Assembly: GCF_000008465.1 (NCBI RefSeq) | Contig: NC_006512.1 | Location: 270,001 to 302,000, forward strand | Source of the DNA: Idiomarina loihiensis L2TR | GTDB lineage: Bacteria; Pseudomonadota; Gammaproteobacteria; Enterobacterales; Alteromonadaceae | Length of the DNA: 32,000 bases | Reading direction: 5' to 3' | Shown here: one piece after another, positions 9,651 to 20,216 of the stretch | Layout of the letters: every line of letters begins with the position of its first letter | Position numbering within the stretch: position 1 is the stretch's first letter | The notes under the pieces: generated by a model | What the model was told of the DNA's origin: nothing | Database searches by the model: none | What the model saw: the letters and a program-made list of their open reading frames with translations, nothing else | Program-made: the position numbers and the translations under genes

Positions 9651-10232
9651 CTAACTCCTGTTATTCGGCGAAGAGTACAGTGGCGAGGGCTGCAGAAATA
9701 CTTCACTGACTAACAGTTGCTCACCGCCCGTTGAAAATATTCGGCGTCTGCTGAGCAGCCTCTGGTTTATCCCAAACCACTGCTGATTAAGCCGAGCAAC
9801 CGGGTGTTCCAGAGCAACTTTTGCCACTTCTATGTCTCCGCAGTATAAATCGCTACGGGCAAATAAAGACTCGCCCAATGACTGATTCCCCAGTTGTTGT
9901 AAATTCAGTGTATTGGCGTTTTCGGCGCTGGGAGAAAATAGACTGCGCGCAAAAACCCAAGGCTTTTCATTACAGTATAGTAGAACTTCACGGATAACGG
10001 CTTGGTCTTTACCTTTTAACCTTTGCTTTTCTTCCGTGTTAGGGGCAAGTAACTGCTGACCGAGTAACTTAACGGAGAACTGCTGACCTATCTGCTTCAG
10101 GCGTTCTGTAAGTGAACCCTCGTATAGCAGCCAGTCGGCTTGTGTTGGGGTTAATTCAAGTTGTTCAGGCGGTGTCCATTGTAGCGCTTTGCTAACTGGA
10201 AAAGCCGGGGTGGCATAAAACTCTGTTGTCAT
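9651..10232 (-). CDS. ubiC: Chorismate pyruvate-lyase
   Basis: 193 aa immediately upstream of ubiA, the ubiCA operon layout. Size and the LTERL / REVLL segments are consistent with UbiC. Confidence 0.75.
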   Translation of the reverse strand: MTTEFYATPAFPVSKALQWTPPEQLELTPTQADWLLYEGSLTERLKQIGQQFSVKLLGQQLLAPNTEEKQRLKGKDQAVIREVLLYCNEKPWVFARSLFSPSAENANTLNLQQLGNQSLGESLFARSDLYCGDIEVAKVALEHPVARLNQQWFGINQRLLSRRRIFSTGGEQLLVSEVFLQPSPLYSSPNNRS

Positions 10233-10310
10233 ATGTGTTGGCGTTATTAAGTTCTGTCGCTATGATAGCAGAGAGAACTTAATTGAACAGCAATCGGGCC
10301 GGGTAGGGCT

Positions 10311-10709
10311 ATGAAACTTCTGATAACAGTATTCGCCAGTATTTTTCTTTGGTTCAGCAGTGTAACGGTAGCGTCGGCAGACGACGTTTCGTACTACGGT
10401 TTTGAGCCTGATATCACCACCAATTACCTGAAAGAAGGCAATGATTACCGCTTGGGCTTTATTCGGGTTGCTATTGAAGTGATGGTGCCGGATCCCAGTT
10501 ACGTTAGTGTGGTAGAGCACCATGCGCCTTTGTTGCGTAATGCCTTTGTGACAATTTTAAGTACCGCGACCGAACGTCAGGTGCGAACCATGACGGGACG
10601 CGATCAACTTCGTTTAAAATGTATAGAAAGAGCAAAAGAACTGATGCAGCAGGAAACCGGCAATCCGGTTATCCGCGATGTTCTTTTCACCAAGTACATT
10701 TATCAGTGA
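10311..10709 (+). CDS. Secreted FliL-family-like protein (orphan, not in a flagellar locus)
   Basis: 132 aa with a signal peptide (MKLLITVFASIFLWFSSVTVASA). The core pattern Y-x-F-x-P-x4-N-[YL]...[FY]-[IL]-R-V-x-I-x-[VL]...P-x-[LI]-R...G-[RK]-x-x-L-[RK]...V-x-D-V-L-F-T-x-[YF]-I-x-Q matches FliL (PF03748) as I recall it. Confidence 0.55.
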   Translation: MKLLITVFASIFLWFSSVTVASADDVSYYGFEPDITTNYLKEGNDYRLGFIRVAIEVMVPDPSYVSVVEHHAPLLRNAFVTILSTATERQVRTMTGRDQLRLKCIERAKELMQQETGNPVIRDVLFTKYIYQ

Positions 10710-11527
10710 AGCTGCCGCATTTTAGGGTTTAACCAACGCACTACCAAGCCTGCGAAACAGCCAGAAAGCAGCCCGGCCAGATGGGCTTCGTTAGCAACAT
10801 TAACCCACAGCATGTCGGTGTAGCCAATTACTAACCACAGCAGCATAAAGATAATGAGCCCCGGTGGCAGATAAAGCGGCGTGGGGCGGTTGAAGCTGTA
10901 TATCCAGCAGAAGCCAAGCAAGCCATAGACCACACCGGACAGCCCACCAAAGTTAGGGCCATTGAAAAGGTACTGAATAACGTTTGCAGTAATACCGCAG
11001 AATAACAGCAGAGCCAGTAACCAGGATATTCCCAGAGAACGTTCAATACGACCGCCCAGATACCACCACCAGAAAATATTAAATACCAGGTGAAGCAGCG
11101 TAAAGTGCATCAGCACCGGTGTAATAAAGCGCCAGGGTTGATCATAGGGAAGCGCCGAAAAATATTGGCTGATTCTCAGTGTTTCCAGCACCGCTTCGGG
11201 GTACATTTGCACCATCCCGAACACCAGCAACGCCATAGCCGCGACAATTCGGGTCAGCCAACCGCTTTGCTGTAGCAAACTAAAAGACAGTGATGATGAA
11301 CCTCGTTCCGAAGTTCGCTGTTCCTTTACGGGCTCAGCGGCAAGTTCGGGGTTATCTTTAAACTGTTGAATCAGTGTTTTAGCGGCAGCCTCATAACTGC
11401 TCTGATGTAACCATAATTCCAATTGCTCACCGCGTTCAGTAACGCTGACTGGCATGCCTTGCTGACGTAAATACTGATACAGTTTGTGCATCCAGTCTGA
11501 GTCGCGGCTGCTGAGCAATCGTCGCAT
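10703..11527 (-). CDS. glpG: Rhomboid intramembrane serine protease GlpG
   Basis: 274 aa with an N-terminal cytoplasmic domain and a 6-TM core. It has the GxSG catalytic serine (GGLSGVVYGL) and the downstream catalytic His (ANEAHLAGL). It follows glpE, as in E. coli glpEG. Confidence 0.85.
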   Translation of the reverse strand: MRRLLSSRDSDWMHKLYQYLRQQGMPVSVTERGEQLELWLHQSSYEAAAKTLIQQFKDNPELAAEPVKEQRTSERGSSSLSFSLLQQSGWLTRIVAAMALLVFGMVQMYPEAVLETLRISQYFSALPYDQPWRFITPVLMHFTLLHLVFNIFWWWYLGGRIERSLGISWLLALLLFCGITANVIQYLFNGPNFGGLSGVVYGLLGFCWIYSFNRPTPLYLPPGLIIFMLLWLVIGYTDMLWVNVANEAHLAGLLSGCFAGLVVRWLNPKMRQLH

Positions 11528-11530
11528 GGT

Positions 11531-11854
11531 TTAGTTCCTCTCAGTGTGTTCAGGAAAAGACATGGACCAGGCCGTGTAACCGCCATCCATGCTGTGTACA
11601 TCAGTGAAGCCGTTACCTGCTATGTAATCAGCAGCACCCTGACTGCTAATGCCATGGTAGCAAACCACAATCACTTTTTGGTTTTTATCAACCGAACTCA
11701 GGAACTGCGGCAGGTTGCTGTTATCCAGGTGTTGAGAGCCCGAAATGTGGCCCGCAGCAAAGGACTGCGGATCACGGATATCAACAAAAATCGCATCGCC
11801 ATTTTGCCAATGCTCGACGGCGATGGGTAATTCCATTAGCTGATAATTGCTCAT
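11531..11854 (-). CDS. glpE: Thiosulfate sulfurtransferase (single-domain rhodanese) GlpE
   Basis: 107 aa with the active-site loop CYHGISS. It is close to collinear with E. coli GlpE (DIRDPQSFAAGH..., DGGYTAW). Confidence 0.85.
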   Translation of the reverse strand: MSNYQLMELPIAVEHWQNGDAIFVDIRDPQSFAAGHISGSQHLDNSNLPQFLSSVDKNQKVIVVCYHGISSQGAADYIAGNGFTDVHSMDGGYTAWSMSFPEHTERN

Positions 11855-11861
11855 TTACGCA

Positions 11862-12887
11862 TTAATCCCAGTTCAGTATGACTTTGCCGGACTGGCCTGA
11901 AATCATGGTTTCAAAGCCTTTCTCAAAGTCATCAATAGGCATTTCGTGCGTTAAAATAGGCGAAATATCCAGCCCGGACTGCAGCAAGCTGGCCATTTTG
12001 TACCAGGTTTCAAACATCTCGCGGCCATAAATGCCTTTAATAACCAGACCTTTAAAAATAACCTGGTTCCAGTCTATAGCGATATTTTCAGGCGGAATGC
12101 CCAGCATGGCAATTTTGCCGCCATGGTTCATGGTTTCCAGCATTTGTGAGAAAGCTGATGGCACACCTGACATTTCCAGACCCACATCAAAACCTTCTTT
12201 CATGCCTAGTTCAGTCATTACGTCGGACAGCTTCTCTTTGCTAACGTCCACTGCGCGGGTAACGCCCATTTTACGAGCTAAGTCCAGGCGGTATTCGTTG
12301 ACGTCGGTAATAACCACGTGGCGTGCGCCAACGTGACGGGCAACGGCTGCTGCCATAATACCAATAGGACCCGCACCGGTAATCAGCACGTCTTCACCCA
12401 CCAGGTCAAAAGCCAGGGCGGTGTGAACCGCATTACCAAATGGGTCAAATACAGCTGCCATTTCATCAGTAACGTCATCTGGAAGTTTAAAAGCGTTTTC
12501 AGCTGGCAGTGCCAGGTATTCTGCAAAAGCACCCGGACGATTCACACCCACACCATAGGTATTGCGGCATAAGTGACGACGGCCGGCGCGACAGTTACGA
12601 CAGTGACCACAGGTAATGTGACCTTCTCCGGAAACGCGGTCGCCAATTTCAAAGCCACGAACACCGTCGCCCATAGCGGCAACTTCACCCACGTACTCGT
12701 GGCCGACCACCATAGGCACCGGAATGGTTTTCTGCGACCAGTCGTCCCATTTATAAATGTGAACATCGGTACCGCAAATGGCGGTTTTCTTAATTTTAAT
12801 CAGCAAATCGTTGTAACCGCATTCCGGCTTTTCCACGTCGGTCATCCAAATGCCGGGTTTTGCGTGCAGTTTTGATAAAGCTTTCAT
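11862..12887 (-). CDS. tdh: L-threonine 3-dehydrogenase
   Basis: 341 aa. The N-terminus [45 protein letters not shown] is nearly identical in pattern to E. coli Tdh. It is a Zn-ADH fold with the GAGPIG NAD motif, downstream of kbl. Confidence 0.95.
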   Translation of the reverse strand: MKALSKLHAKPGIWMTDVEKPECGYNDLLIKIKKTAICGTDVHIYKWDDWSQKTIPVPMVVGHEYVGEVAAMGDGVRGFEIGDRVSGEGHITCGHCRNCRAGRRHLCRNTYGVGVNRPGAFAEYLALPAENAFKLPDDVTDEMAAVFDPFGNAVHTALAFDLVGEDVLITGAGPIGIMAAAVARHVGARHVVITDVNEYRLDLARKMGVTRAVDVSKEKLSDVMTELGMKEGFDVGLEMSGVPSAFSQMLETMNHGGKIAMLGIPPENIAIDWNQVIFKGLVIKGIYGREMFETWYKMASLLQSGLDISPILTHEMPIDDFEKGFETMISGQSGKVILNWD

Positions 12888-12897
12888 TCTTTACTCC

Positions 12898-14088
12898 TTA
12901 AATCACACCCAGCTCTTTACCAATACGGGTAAAGGCTTCAATGGTGCGATCCAGTTGTTCACGTGTGTGTGCCGCAGACATCTGCGTGCGGATACGAGCT
13001 TTGCCTTTAGGAACGACAGGGAAGGAAAAGCCGATCACATAAATATCTTCTTCCAACAGGCGATCTGACATTTCTGACGCGAGTTTGGCGTCGCCGACCA
13101 TAACAGGAATAATGGCGTGGTCTGCGCCGCTCAAAGTAAAGCCTGCGTTCGTCATTTGCTCACGGAAGTAGCTGGCGTTTTCCCACAGTTGGCTGCGCAA
13201 CTTGCCGCCTTCTGCCAGCATATCCAGTACACGAATAGATGCCTGCACAATGGCAGGTGCTACTGAGTTAGAGAACAGGTAAGGGCGTGAACGCTGGCGT
13301 AACCAGTCAATAACTTCTTTCTTACCTGAAGTGTAACCACCAGAAGCACCACCCAGCGCTTTACCTAAGGTACCGGTGATAATATCAACACGGCCAATAA
13401 CGTCGCAGTATTCATGTGTGCCTTTACCATTTTCGCCTAAGAAACCGGTGGCATGGCAGTCATCCATCATGACCAGTGCGTCGTATTTGTCGGCCAGGTC
13501 GCAAATACCTTTTAAGTTGGCAATAACGCCGTCCATTGAGAACACACCGTCGGTAGCAATTAATTTATGGCGCGCACCGTCTGCGTCAGCTTGCTTAAGT
13601 TGAGCCTCTAAGTCTTCCAGATTGTTGTTTTTGTAGCGGAAGCGTTTCGCTTTACTCAAGCGAATACCGTCAATAATGCTGGCGTGGTTGAGCTCGTCAC
13701 TAATAATAGCGTCTTCGGGGCCCATTAGGGTTTCGAACAAACCGCCGTTGGCGTCAAAACATGACGAATACAAAATGGTGTCTTCTGTTCCTAAAAACTC
13801 GCTCAGTTTTTGTTCCAGCGTTTTGTGAATATCCTGAGTACCACAAATAAAACGCACTGAAGCCGTACCAAAACCGTGTTCGTCCAGACCTTGCTTGGCG
13901 GCTTTTATTAAGTCCGGGTGGTTTGCCAGACCCAGATAGTTGTTAGCGCAGAAGTTAAGTACCTTGCGGTTATTCACAGTAATTTCAGAGCTTTGGTCCG
14001 AACTGATAATACGTTCTTTCTTGTACAAGCCTTCGGCTTTGGTTTCGGCCAGTTGGTCGGCCAGTTGCTGATAAAAGGCTGAGCTCAT
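12898..14088 (-). CDS. kbl: 2-amino-3-ketobutyrate CoA ligase (glycine C-acetyltransferase)
   Basis: 396 aa PLP enzyme. FYQQL...[11 protein letters not shown]...[10 protein letters not shown] and the PLP-lysine region TLGKALGG match Kbl. It forms the kbl-tdh operon. Confidence 0.95.
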   Translation of the reverse strand: MSSAFYQQLADQLAETKAEGLYKKERIISSDQSSEITVNNRKVLNFCANNYLGLANHPDLIKAAKQGLDEHGFGTASVRFICGTQDIHKTLEQKLSEFLGTEDTILYSSCFDANGGLFETLMGPEDAIISDELNHASIIDGIRLSKAKRFRYKNNNLEDLEAQLKQADADGARHKLIATDGVFSMDGVIANLKGICDLADKYDALVMMDDCHATGFLGENGKGTHEYCDVIGRVDIITGTLGKALGGASGGYTSGKKEVIDWLRQRSRPYLFSNSVAPAIVQASIRVLDMLAEGGKLRSQLWENASYFREQMTNAGFTLSGADHAIIPVMVGDAKLASEMSDRLLEEDIYVIGFSFPVVPKGKARIRTQMSAAHTREQLDRTIEAFTRIGKELGVI

Positions 14089-14232
14089 TTTTTACTCCAC
14101 TATTTGAAAACGTAAGTTACCCTCTAGTTTACTGATGTTAGTCGCAACTCGCATCCTTAATTTGAATATCGGGCTTTTGTTTAGTGTGCACTTGCGTGTA
14201 CTCTTTAGGGCAAATGAAAAGCGTGCAAATAA

Positions 14233-14766
<534 letters not shown>

Positions 14767-14772
14767 CCCCGC

Positions 14773-16092
14773 TTAACCAAAGGCTACGTGATAAAACACG
14801 ATGCTCATCAGTACCGGACATAAATAACGGATATGCCAGCGTAACAAGGTTAAGCCGACACTACCCGCAGCAATAGCTTTTAGGTGATTGCTGCGGTGCC
14901 ATAACCAGCCTACCACCAGCAAGTAGAATAACCCTGACAGCGGCAGCTGGAACTGTGTGACCGCAGTAACAACCCAGCCAAACAGCGGCTCAAAGAACAG
15001 AATCAACAGCAATGAAAACATCGCGATAACGCTCAGTGACAGGGCGGTTGCCACTGGTCGTTTCAGTTTGCGTTCTTCTATGCAGTAAGACACCGGTACT
15101 TCGGCCTGAGCAATGGTCGAGGTTAGAGCGGCAATACTCAGCAACATAAAAAATGCAAAAGCCACAAAAGGTCCGGCAATGCCCATGCTATTAAATAGCT
15201 CTGGCAGTACCGCAAAAATGAGCTGGCCTTCGCCAATGAGTTTAGAGCCTTCGCCGACATTAACGCCCAGGTGAATGCCTGCATACAGAGCAGGAATAAT
15301 TAACAACCCTGCCAGAAAAGCGATAAAAGTATCCAGTGCAGCCACTGACAAGCTTAAACGACCTAAGTTAGCACCGGGCTTTAGATAGGAGCCGTATATC
15401 ATCATGCCGCCCAAACCAATGGAAAGCGAGAAGAACGCCTGGCCCATAGCCGCCACTAAAATGCTGGTGTCAGTCATGAGGCTGAAGTCGGGGACAAGGT
15501 ATTTTTTCAGGCCTTCGTCGGCGCCGGGTAAGGTCAGCATGTAGGCAATAAGCGCTACCAGTAAAACGACTAAGGTAGGCATCAGACGCTTTGACCAGCG
15601 CTCTATACCCTTTTCCACGCCCTGAAACACTACGTAAGCGGTGGCGAGTAAAAATACAGCGGTGAAAATTAAGTCGCGGGTTAGTGAGCTGTTCAGCAAA
15701 AATTCGGCAGCAACTTCAATACCAAAGCCACGAGCCAGAAAGCCTAAAGCGTGAACTAGCATCCAGCCGGCCACCACATGATAAAAGCTGAGCATTAAGC
15801 AGGAGCCCAGCACATTAAGGTAACCCATTAAGCGGCCAATAGGGCGGGCGCGTCCTTCGGACAGCTGCGTTAAGGAGCGAACCGGGTTCGCCTGCGCACT
15901 ATGGCCTATCAGCATTTCGCTGTATAAAGCGGGTATGGCAAGTATAAAGATTACGCAAAGATACACCAGCAGGAAGGCGCCGCCGCCGTGGTTCGCAACC
16001 TGAGTAGGGAAGCCCCAAATATTTCCCAGGCCAACGGCAGAGCCCGCGGCTGCTAATATAAAGCCAATTCGGCTGTGAAAGGAGTCACGCAT
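14773..16092 (-). CDS. Sodium-dependent transporter, NSS/SNF family (substrate unknown)
   Basis: 439 aa with about 11-12 TM helices. The N-terminal NSS signature GFILAAAGSAVGLGNIWGFP is present. Confidence 0.85.
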   Translation of the reverse strand: MRDSFHSRIGFILAAAGSAVGLGNIWGFPTQVANHGGGAFLLVYLCVIFILAIPALYSEMLIGHSAQANPVRSLTQLSEGRARPIGRLMGYLNVLGSCLMLSFYHVVAGWMLVHALGFLARGFGIEVAAEFLLNSSLTRDLIFTAVFLLATAYVVFQGVEKGIERWSKRLMPTLVVLLVALIAYMLTLPGADEGLKKYLVPDFSLMTDTSILVAAMGQAFFSLSIGLGGMMIYGSYLKPGANLGRLSLSVAALDTFIAFLAGLLIIPALYAGIHLGVNVGEGSKLIGEGQLIFAVLPELFNSMGIAGPFVAFAFFMLLSIAALTSTIAQAEVPVSYCIEERKLKRPVATALSLSVIAMFSLLLILFFEPLFGWVVTAVTQFQLPLSGLFYLLVVGWLWHRSNHLKAIAAGSVGLTLLRWHIRYLCPVLMSIVFYHVAFG

Positions 16093-16257
16093 AAATGATC
16101 AGAAACCCACTGCTGCATACAAAAGTCAGGCGGGCATTCTAACGAACTGGCAAAATTTTGCTCTATCTTTTTTTACACAATCAGGTTAATATTCGCGCCC
16201 TGAAAATTAGCCAGTAACCAAACTGTAAAACAGGATTTTTTACGCTGTGTTGCTGCT

Positions 16258-16269
16258 GTTAACGTTAAC
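16258..16269. promoter_or_regulatory. Perfect 12-bp palindrome GTTAACGTTAAC upstream of pckA (candidate LacI/Cra-type operator)
   Basis: Self-complementary, with a central AACGTT core like LacI-family operators. It ends 31 nt before the pckA ATG. The function is purely inferred. Confidence 0.3.
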
Positions 16270-16299
16270 GAACGACCGTAATCTCAGGAGCCTTACGTC

Positions 16300-17901
16300 A
16301 TGCCTAATCTGGATCTGAGCCGCTACGGCATCACAGATGTCGAAGAAATTGTCCATAATCCGTCCTACGACCTGCTATTCGAAGAGGAAACTCGCGACGA
16401 CCTGCAAGGTTATGAAAAAGGAACGGTAACGGACCTGGGTGCGGTTGCTGTCGATACCGGAATTTTCACCGGACGTTCCCCTAAAGACAAATACATTGTC
16501 CGCGATGACACAACTCGCGATACCGTCTGGTGGGCTGACCAAGGCAAAAACGACAACAAACCACTATCGACCGAAACCTGGAATGAACTGAAAGGTTTGG
16601 TCACTGAGCAGTTGTCGCACAAACGTTTGTTTGTGGTTGATACCTATTGCGGTGCTAATGAAGACACTCGTCTTGCTGTTCGCTTCATTACCGAAGTGGC
16701 ATGGCAGGCACATTTTGTAAAAAACATGTTCATTCGCCCAAGCGAAGAAGAGCTGGAAAACTTTGAGCCAGACTTCGTTGTCATGAACGGTGCTAAGTGC
16801 ATTAATCCTAAGTGGCAGGAACAGGAACTGAATTCAGAAAACTTTGTGGCGTTTAACTTAACTGAAAAAATTCAGTTAATTGGCGGCACCTGGTACGGCG
16901 GCGAAATGAAAAAAGGTATGTTCTCAATGATGAACTACTTCCTGCCGCTAAAAGGCATTGCTTCTATGCATTGCTCTGCCAACGTTGGTCAAGAAGGCGA
17001 CGTAGCTGTTTTCTTCGGCTTGTCAGGCACGGGTAAAACCACCCTGTCGACTGACCCGAAACGCGCACTCATTGGTGACGACGAACACGGTTGGGATGAC
17101 GACGGCGTATTCAACTTTGAAGGCGGTTGTTATGCGAAAACCATTAACCTGTCGAAAGAAGCGGAACCGGACATATACAACGCGATTCGCCGTGACGCAC
17201 TATTAGAAAACGTTGCTGTTGATGACAACGGTGTTGTCGACTTTGATGACAACTCGAAAACCGAGAACACTCGCGTGTCTTACCCTATTTACCACATTGA
17301 CAACATTGTTAAGCCGGTGTCTAAAGCGGGTCACGCGAAGAAAGTTATTTTCCTGACGGCTGACGCGTTTGGCGTATTACCGCCGGTGTCTAAGCTGACT
17401 AAAGAACAGGCGCAGTATCATTTCTTGTCCGGCTTTACTGCTAAATTAGCCGGTACTGAGCGCGGTGTCACCGAGCCTACGCCAACCTTCTCAAGCTGTT
17501 TTGGCGCGGCGTTCTTAAGCCTGCACCCAACGCAGTACGCGGAAGTTTTAGTTAAGCGTATGGAAGCGGCTGGCGCAGAAGCTTACCTGGTTAACACCGG
17601 ATGGAACGGCACTGGCAAGCGCATTTCTATTAAAGCGACGCGCGCTATTATTGATGCCATTTTAGATGGTTCAATTGAAGACGCTGAATTTGTGCAGTTG
17701 CCTCACTTTAACCTCGCTATGCCAACTGAGCTGGCCGGTGTTGAGGACAGTAGCATTCTGGACCCACGTAAAACATACGAAGATGACGGTGAGTGGGACG
17801 TTCGTGCGAAAGACTTAGCCGAACGTTTTGTCGCAAACTTTGAGAAATTTACTGATACTGATAACGGTAAAGCGCTGGTTGCCGCAGGCCCTCAGTTGTA
17901 A
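16300..17901 (+). CDS. pckA: Phosphoenolpyruvate carboxykinase (ATP)
   Basis: 533 aa with the kinase-1a motif [11 protein letters not shown] and [17 protein letters not shown] and NTGWNG blocks. GGAG lies 8 nt upstream of the ATG. Confidence 0.95.
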   Translation: MPNLDLSRYGITDVEEIVHNPSYDLLFEEETRDDLQGYEKGTVTDLGAVAVDTGIFTGRSPKDKYIVRDDTTRDTVWWADQGKNDNKPLSTETWNELKGLVTEQLSHKRLFVVDTYCGANEDTRLAVRFITEVAWQAHFVKNMFIRPSEEELENFEPDFVVMNGAKCINPKWQEQELNSENFVAFNLTEKIQLIGGTWYGGEMKKGMFSMMNYFLPLKGIASMHCSANVGQEGDVAVFFGLSGTGKTTLSTDPKRALIGDDEHGWDDDGVFNFEGGCYAKTINLSKEAEPDIYNAIRRDALLENVAVDDNGVVDFDDNSKTENTRVSYPIYHIDNIVKPVSKAGHAKKVIFLTADAFGVLPPVSKLTKEQAQYHFLSGFTAKLAGTERGVTEPTPTFSSCFGAAFLSLHPTQYAEVLVKRMEAAGAEAYLVNTGWNGTGKRISIKATRAIIDAILDGSIEDAEFVQLPHFNLAMPTELAGVEDSSILDPRKTYEDDGEWDVRAKDLAERFVANFEKFTDTDNGKALVAAGPQL

Positions 17902-17922
17902 ATTCATAGTTTGAAACAAATT

Positions 17923-17960
17923 AAAGGGCTCGTAACACTTGTTACGGGCCCTTTGTCTTT
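17923..17960 (+). terminator. Rho-independent terminator after pckA
   Basis: AAAGGGCTCGTAACA (17923-17937) pairs with TGTTACGGGCCCTTT (17940-17954) with one mismatch. A T-rich tract GTCTTTCT follows. Confidence 0.65.
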
Positions 17961-18000
17961 CTAAGATAGGCGCTTCTTAAGCAAATAACAGAAAAATAAC

Positions 18001-18945
18001 ATGCGCCTTTCAGTTAATAATGTCACTAAGCGTTACCGCACCGTAACGGCGGTAGACGCTATCTCCCTCGATATTCAGCCCGGCAAGATTCAGGCGTTAC
18101 TCGGTCCTAACGGTGCCGGGAAGTCGTCCCTGGTTCGTATGCTGGTTGGCCTCACTCAGCCCGATGAGGGTGAGATCCTCGTTGAGAACAGTGGTGAGAG
18201 TATTGAGCTGACCTATCACGACTTTGCTTACCTGCCTGAAGACCGTGGTTTGTATCAGGACCGAACCATACTGGATAACTTGAATTACATTGCCAGTTTG
18301 CGCGGGTTGAAGCTAAGCGATATACGCAGCGATATTGATAGCTGGCTGGAGCGGTTTGAACTGACTGATCGTAAAGACGAGCCTTTGCGTCAGATGTCTA
18401 AGGGAAACCAGCAAAAAGTACAACTTATTGCCACGCTGCTGCACGACCCTCAACTGGTGATTCTGGATGAGCCCTTTTCGGGTTTAGACCCGGTAAACCA
18501 GGAGCATGTACTGACGGTATTAAACGAGTTGCGCGAACGCGGCAAAACGGTGGTGTTAAGTGCACACCAAATGGAGCTGGTTGAGCGTTTAGCCGACACC
18601 ATGTTGTTAATGAATAAAGGACGCGCGGTAGCTCAGGGCAGCTTGCAGGAAATACGCGATACCTTGCTGCCTAAGCCGGTTTACCGGGTAACAACCAATG
18701 CTCAGCTTGCGTTAGATAGCTGGCAGGGCGTGGAGCAAATAGAGTCCATGCGTAAAGTGAATGATGAGCAAGTGGAGATAACTTTTGATGCGGATGCCGG
18801 TATAGATCAGTTGTGGCCACAACTGGCGCAGCAGGTTCCGATTAAAGCCTTTGCGCCTATTCAGCCCGGATTACACGATTTGTATCTGAATACGATTCGT
18901 CGGCAAGCGAGTGATGAGAAAAGCAGCGAGGAGGCGCAGTCATGA
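18001..18945 (+). CDS. ABC transporter ATP-binding protein (NatA-like, ABC-2 subfamily)
   Basis: Walker A GPNGAGKSS, signature variant MSKGNQQK, Walker B LVILDEPFSGLD, H-loop SAHQ. There is an extra C-terminal domain of about 90 aa. Confidence 0.85.
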   Translation: MRLSVNNVTKRYRTVTAVDAISLDIQPGKIQALLGPNGAGKSSLVRMLVGLTQPDEGEILVENSGESIELTYHDFAYLPEDRGLYQDRTILDNLNYIASLRGLKLSDIRSDIDSWLERFELTDRKDEPLRQMSKGNQQKVQLIATLLHDPQLVILDEPFSGLDPVNQEHVLTVLNELRERGKTVVLSAHQMELVERLADTMLLMNKGRAVAQGSLQEIRDTLLPKPVYRVTTNAQLALDSWQGVEQIESMRKVNDEQVEITFDADAGIDQLWPQLAQQVPIKAFAPIQPGLHDLYLNTIRRQASDEKSSEEAQS

Positions 18946-20147
18946 AACAGACGAGTCCGGGTTACTTTAAGCAGTTAAAAGCTATTTCGTGGTGGGAGTT
19001 TAAGCGCTTTTTTAAATGGAAGCAGGAACTTTTGTCTATTGTCATTTTGGTCGCCATTTTTGTCGTGAGCACTGGCTGGGGCGCAATAGCTCAACTTTTG
19101 TCGGATGAATATCACGGAGCTATTTTCTATGAAGAAGGCAAACCCCAGTCTTGGGAGTTTGAGGCCCCAAAAGACTTAAACCTTCGCAGTGCTGGCACCA
19201 TGGAAGTAAAAAAGTGGAAAGCACAATTACCAGAAGAGCTAGATACATTAATTGTCATAACACCTGAATTAACCGCAAAAGTCTGGGTTAAGAAGTCTCA
19301 GACCTGGCAACAGGAATTGCGTAGCGAATTACAGGATCAACTGCAGGATCTGCGTATTCAGCAGTTACCACTGGCTCCGGAAGAAAAAGCGGTTATTGAT
19401 GAAAAGCCGGATATAGCGTTTTCTATTGAAGAGAGCGAAGAAGCTTCTATTGATGATGCTACTGACAGCTCAGCCAGCATGTTATTGGTGGTTATAATGG
19501 TTGGCGTTTTTACCGGCTTCGGTTTGATGATGATGTCGATAACGGCAGAGAAACAACAGCGTGTAACTGAGCAGTTGCTGACTATCGTGACACCGACTCA
19601 GTGGATGGATGGCAAAATTATCGGCATTACCTTGCACAGCCTGAAATCGATGCTCTTTATTGGTTTAATGATTTTGGGCGTAAGCCTGGTGGTTGCGGCA
19701 CTGTCCGATAAGAGCGGTTCAGGTCTGGACTGGGGTATTGGCACGGGTCTGTTGAGTCTTATCTTTGTTTTATTGGGCACGGTCTTAATTAACGCCTTAC
19801 TAGCGGGCTTTTCCGCAACCATCGATGACCCTAACCACTCCTCCCGCAGTACGGTGATGCTGGTACCTATGTTGCCAATATTTCTCAGCTTTAGTGTGGT
19901 AAGTGCGCCTGACTCGACCTTAGCTACGGTGATGAGCATTCTGCCTATTAGCTCCTTTGCGATGATGCCCGCACGCTTACTGCAGACTGACGTTGCGGTA
20001 TGGGAATGGTTGCTGAGCCTGGTGTTACTAGCGGCCTTTGTCTACTGGATGCGCAATGTAGCGGGGCGATTGTTCGCTATGGGTATTCAGTACTACGGAA
20101 AAGAACCGGGCTGGAAGGAAATTTGGCGAGCCGTGTCTGGTAAATAA
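18942..20147 (+). CDS. ABC-2 type permease (NatB-like)
   Basis: The start overlaps the ATPase stop (ATGA), suggesting translational coupling. 401 aa with one N-terminal TM helix, a ~150-aa extracytoplasmic, partly acidic loop, then about 5 C-terminal TM helices. Confidence 0.75.
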   Translation: MKQTSPGYFKQLKAISWWEFKRFFKWKQELLSIVILVAIFVVSTGWGAIAQLLSDEYHGAIFYEEGKPQSWEFEAPKDLNLRSAGTMEVKKWKAQLPEELDTLIVITPELTAKVWVKKSQTWQQELRSELQDQLQDLRIQQLPLAPEEKAVIDEKPDIAFSIEESEEASIDDATDSSASMLLVVIMVGVFTGFGLMMMSITAEKQQRVTEQLLTIVTPTQWMDGKIIGITLHSLKSMLFIGLMILGVSLVVAALSDKSGSGLDWGIGTGLLSLIFVLLGTVLINALLAGFSATIDDPNHSSRSTVMLVPMLPIFLSFSVVSAPDSTLATVMSILPISSFAMMPARLLQTDVAVWEWLLSLVLLAAFVYWMRNVAGRLFAMGIQYYGKEPGWKEIWRAVSGK

Positions 20148-20160
20148 GGAAGTTTAGGAT

Positions 20161-20205
20161 AAAAAAAGCCGGGAGCTTCAAAATGAAGTATCCCGGCTTT
20201 TTATT
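20161..20205. terminator. Bidirectional rho-independent terminator between the convergent ABC permease and S9 peptidase genes
   Basis: AAAAAAAGCCGGGA...TCCCGGCTTTTTATT. The outer stem AGCCGGGA/TCCCGGCT has an inner CTTCA/TGAAG extension. An A-run on one side and a T-run on the other allow function in both directions. Confidence 0.75.
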
Positions 20206-20216
20206 CGGAGTCTGCT

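Noticed and set aside
9650-9706. 19-codon N-terminal extension of ubiA in the track
   Set aside because: It would overlap the 3' end of ubiC. UbiA homology starts at MQKLVAFWQLMRADRP.
12031-13603. Antisense or alternative-frame ORFs of 72-101 aa inside tdh and kbl (12031..12336, 12318..12572, 12542..12766, 12573..12875, 12850..13068, 13376..13603)
   Set aside because: They are shadow ORFs of highly conserved enzymes. Their composition is odd (T/V/G-rich) and they have no initiation signals.
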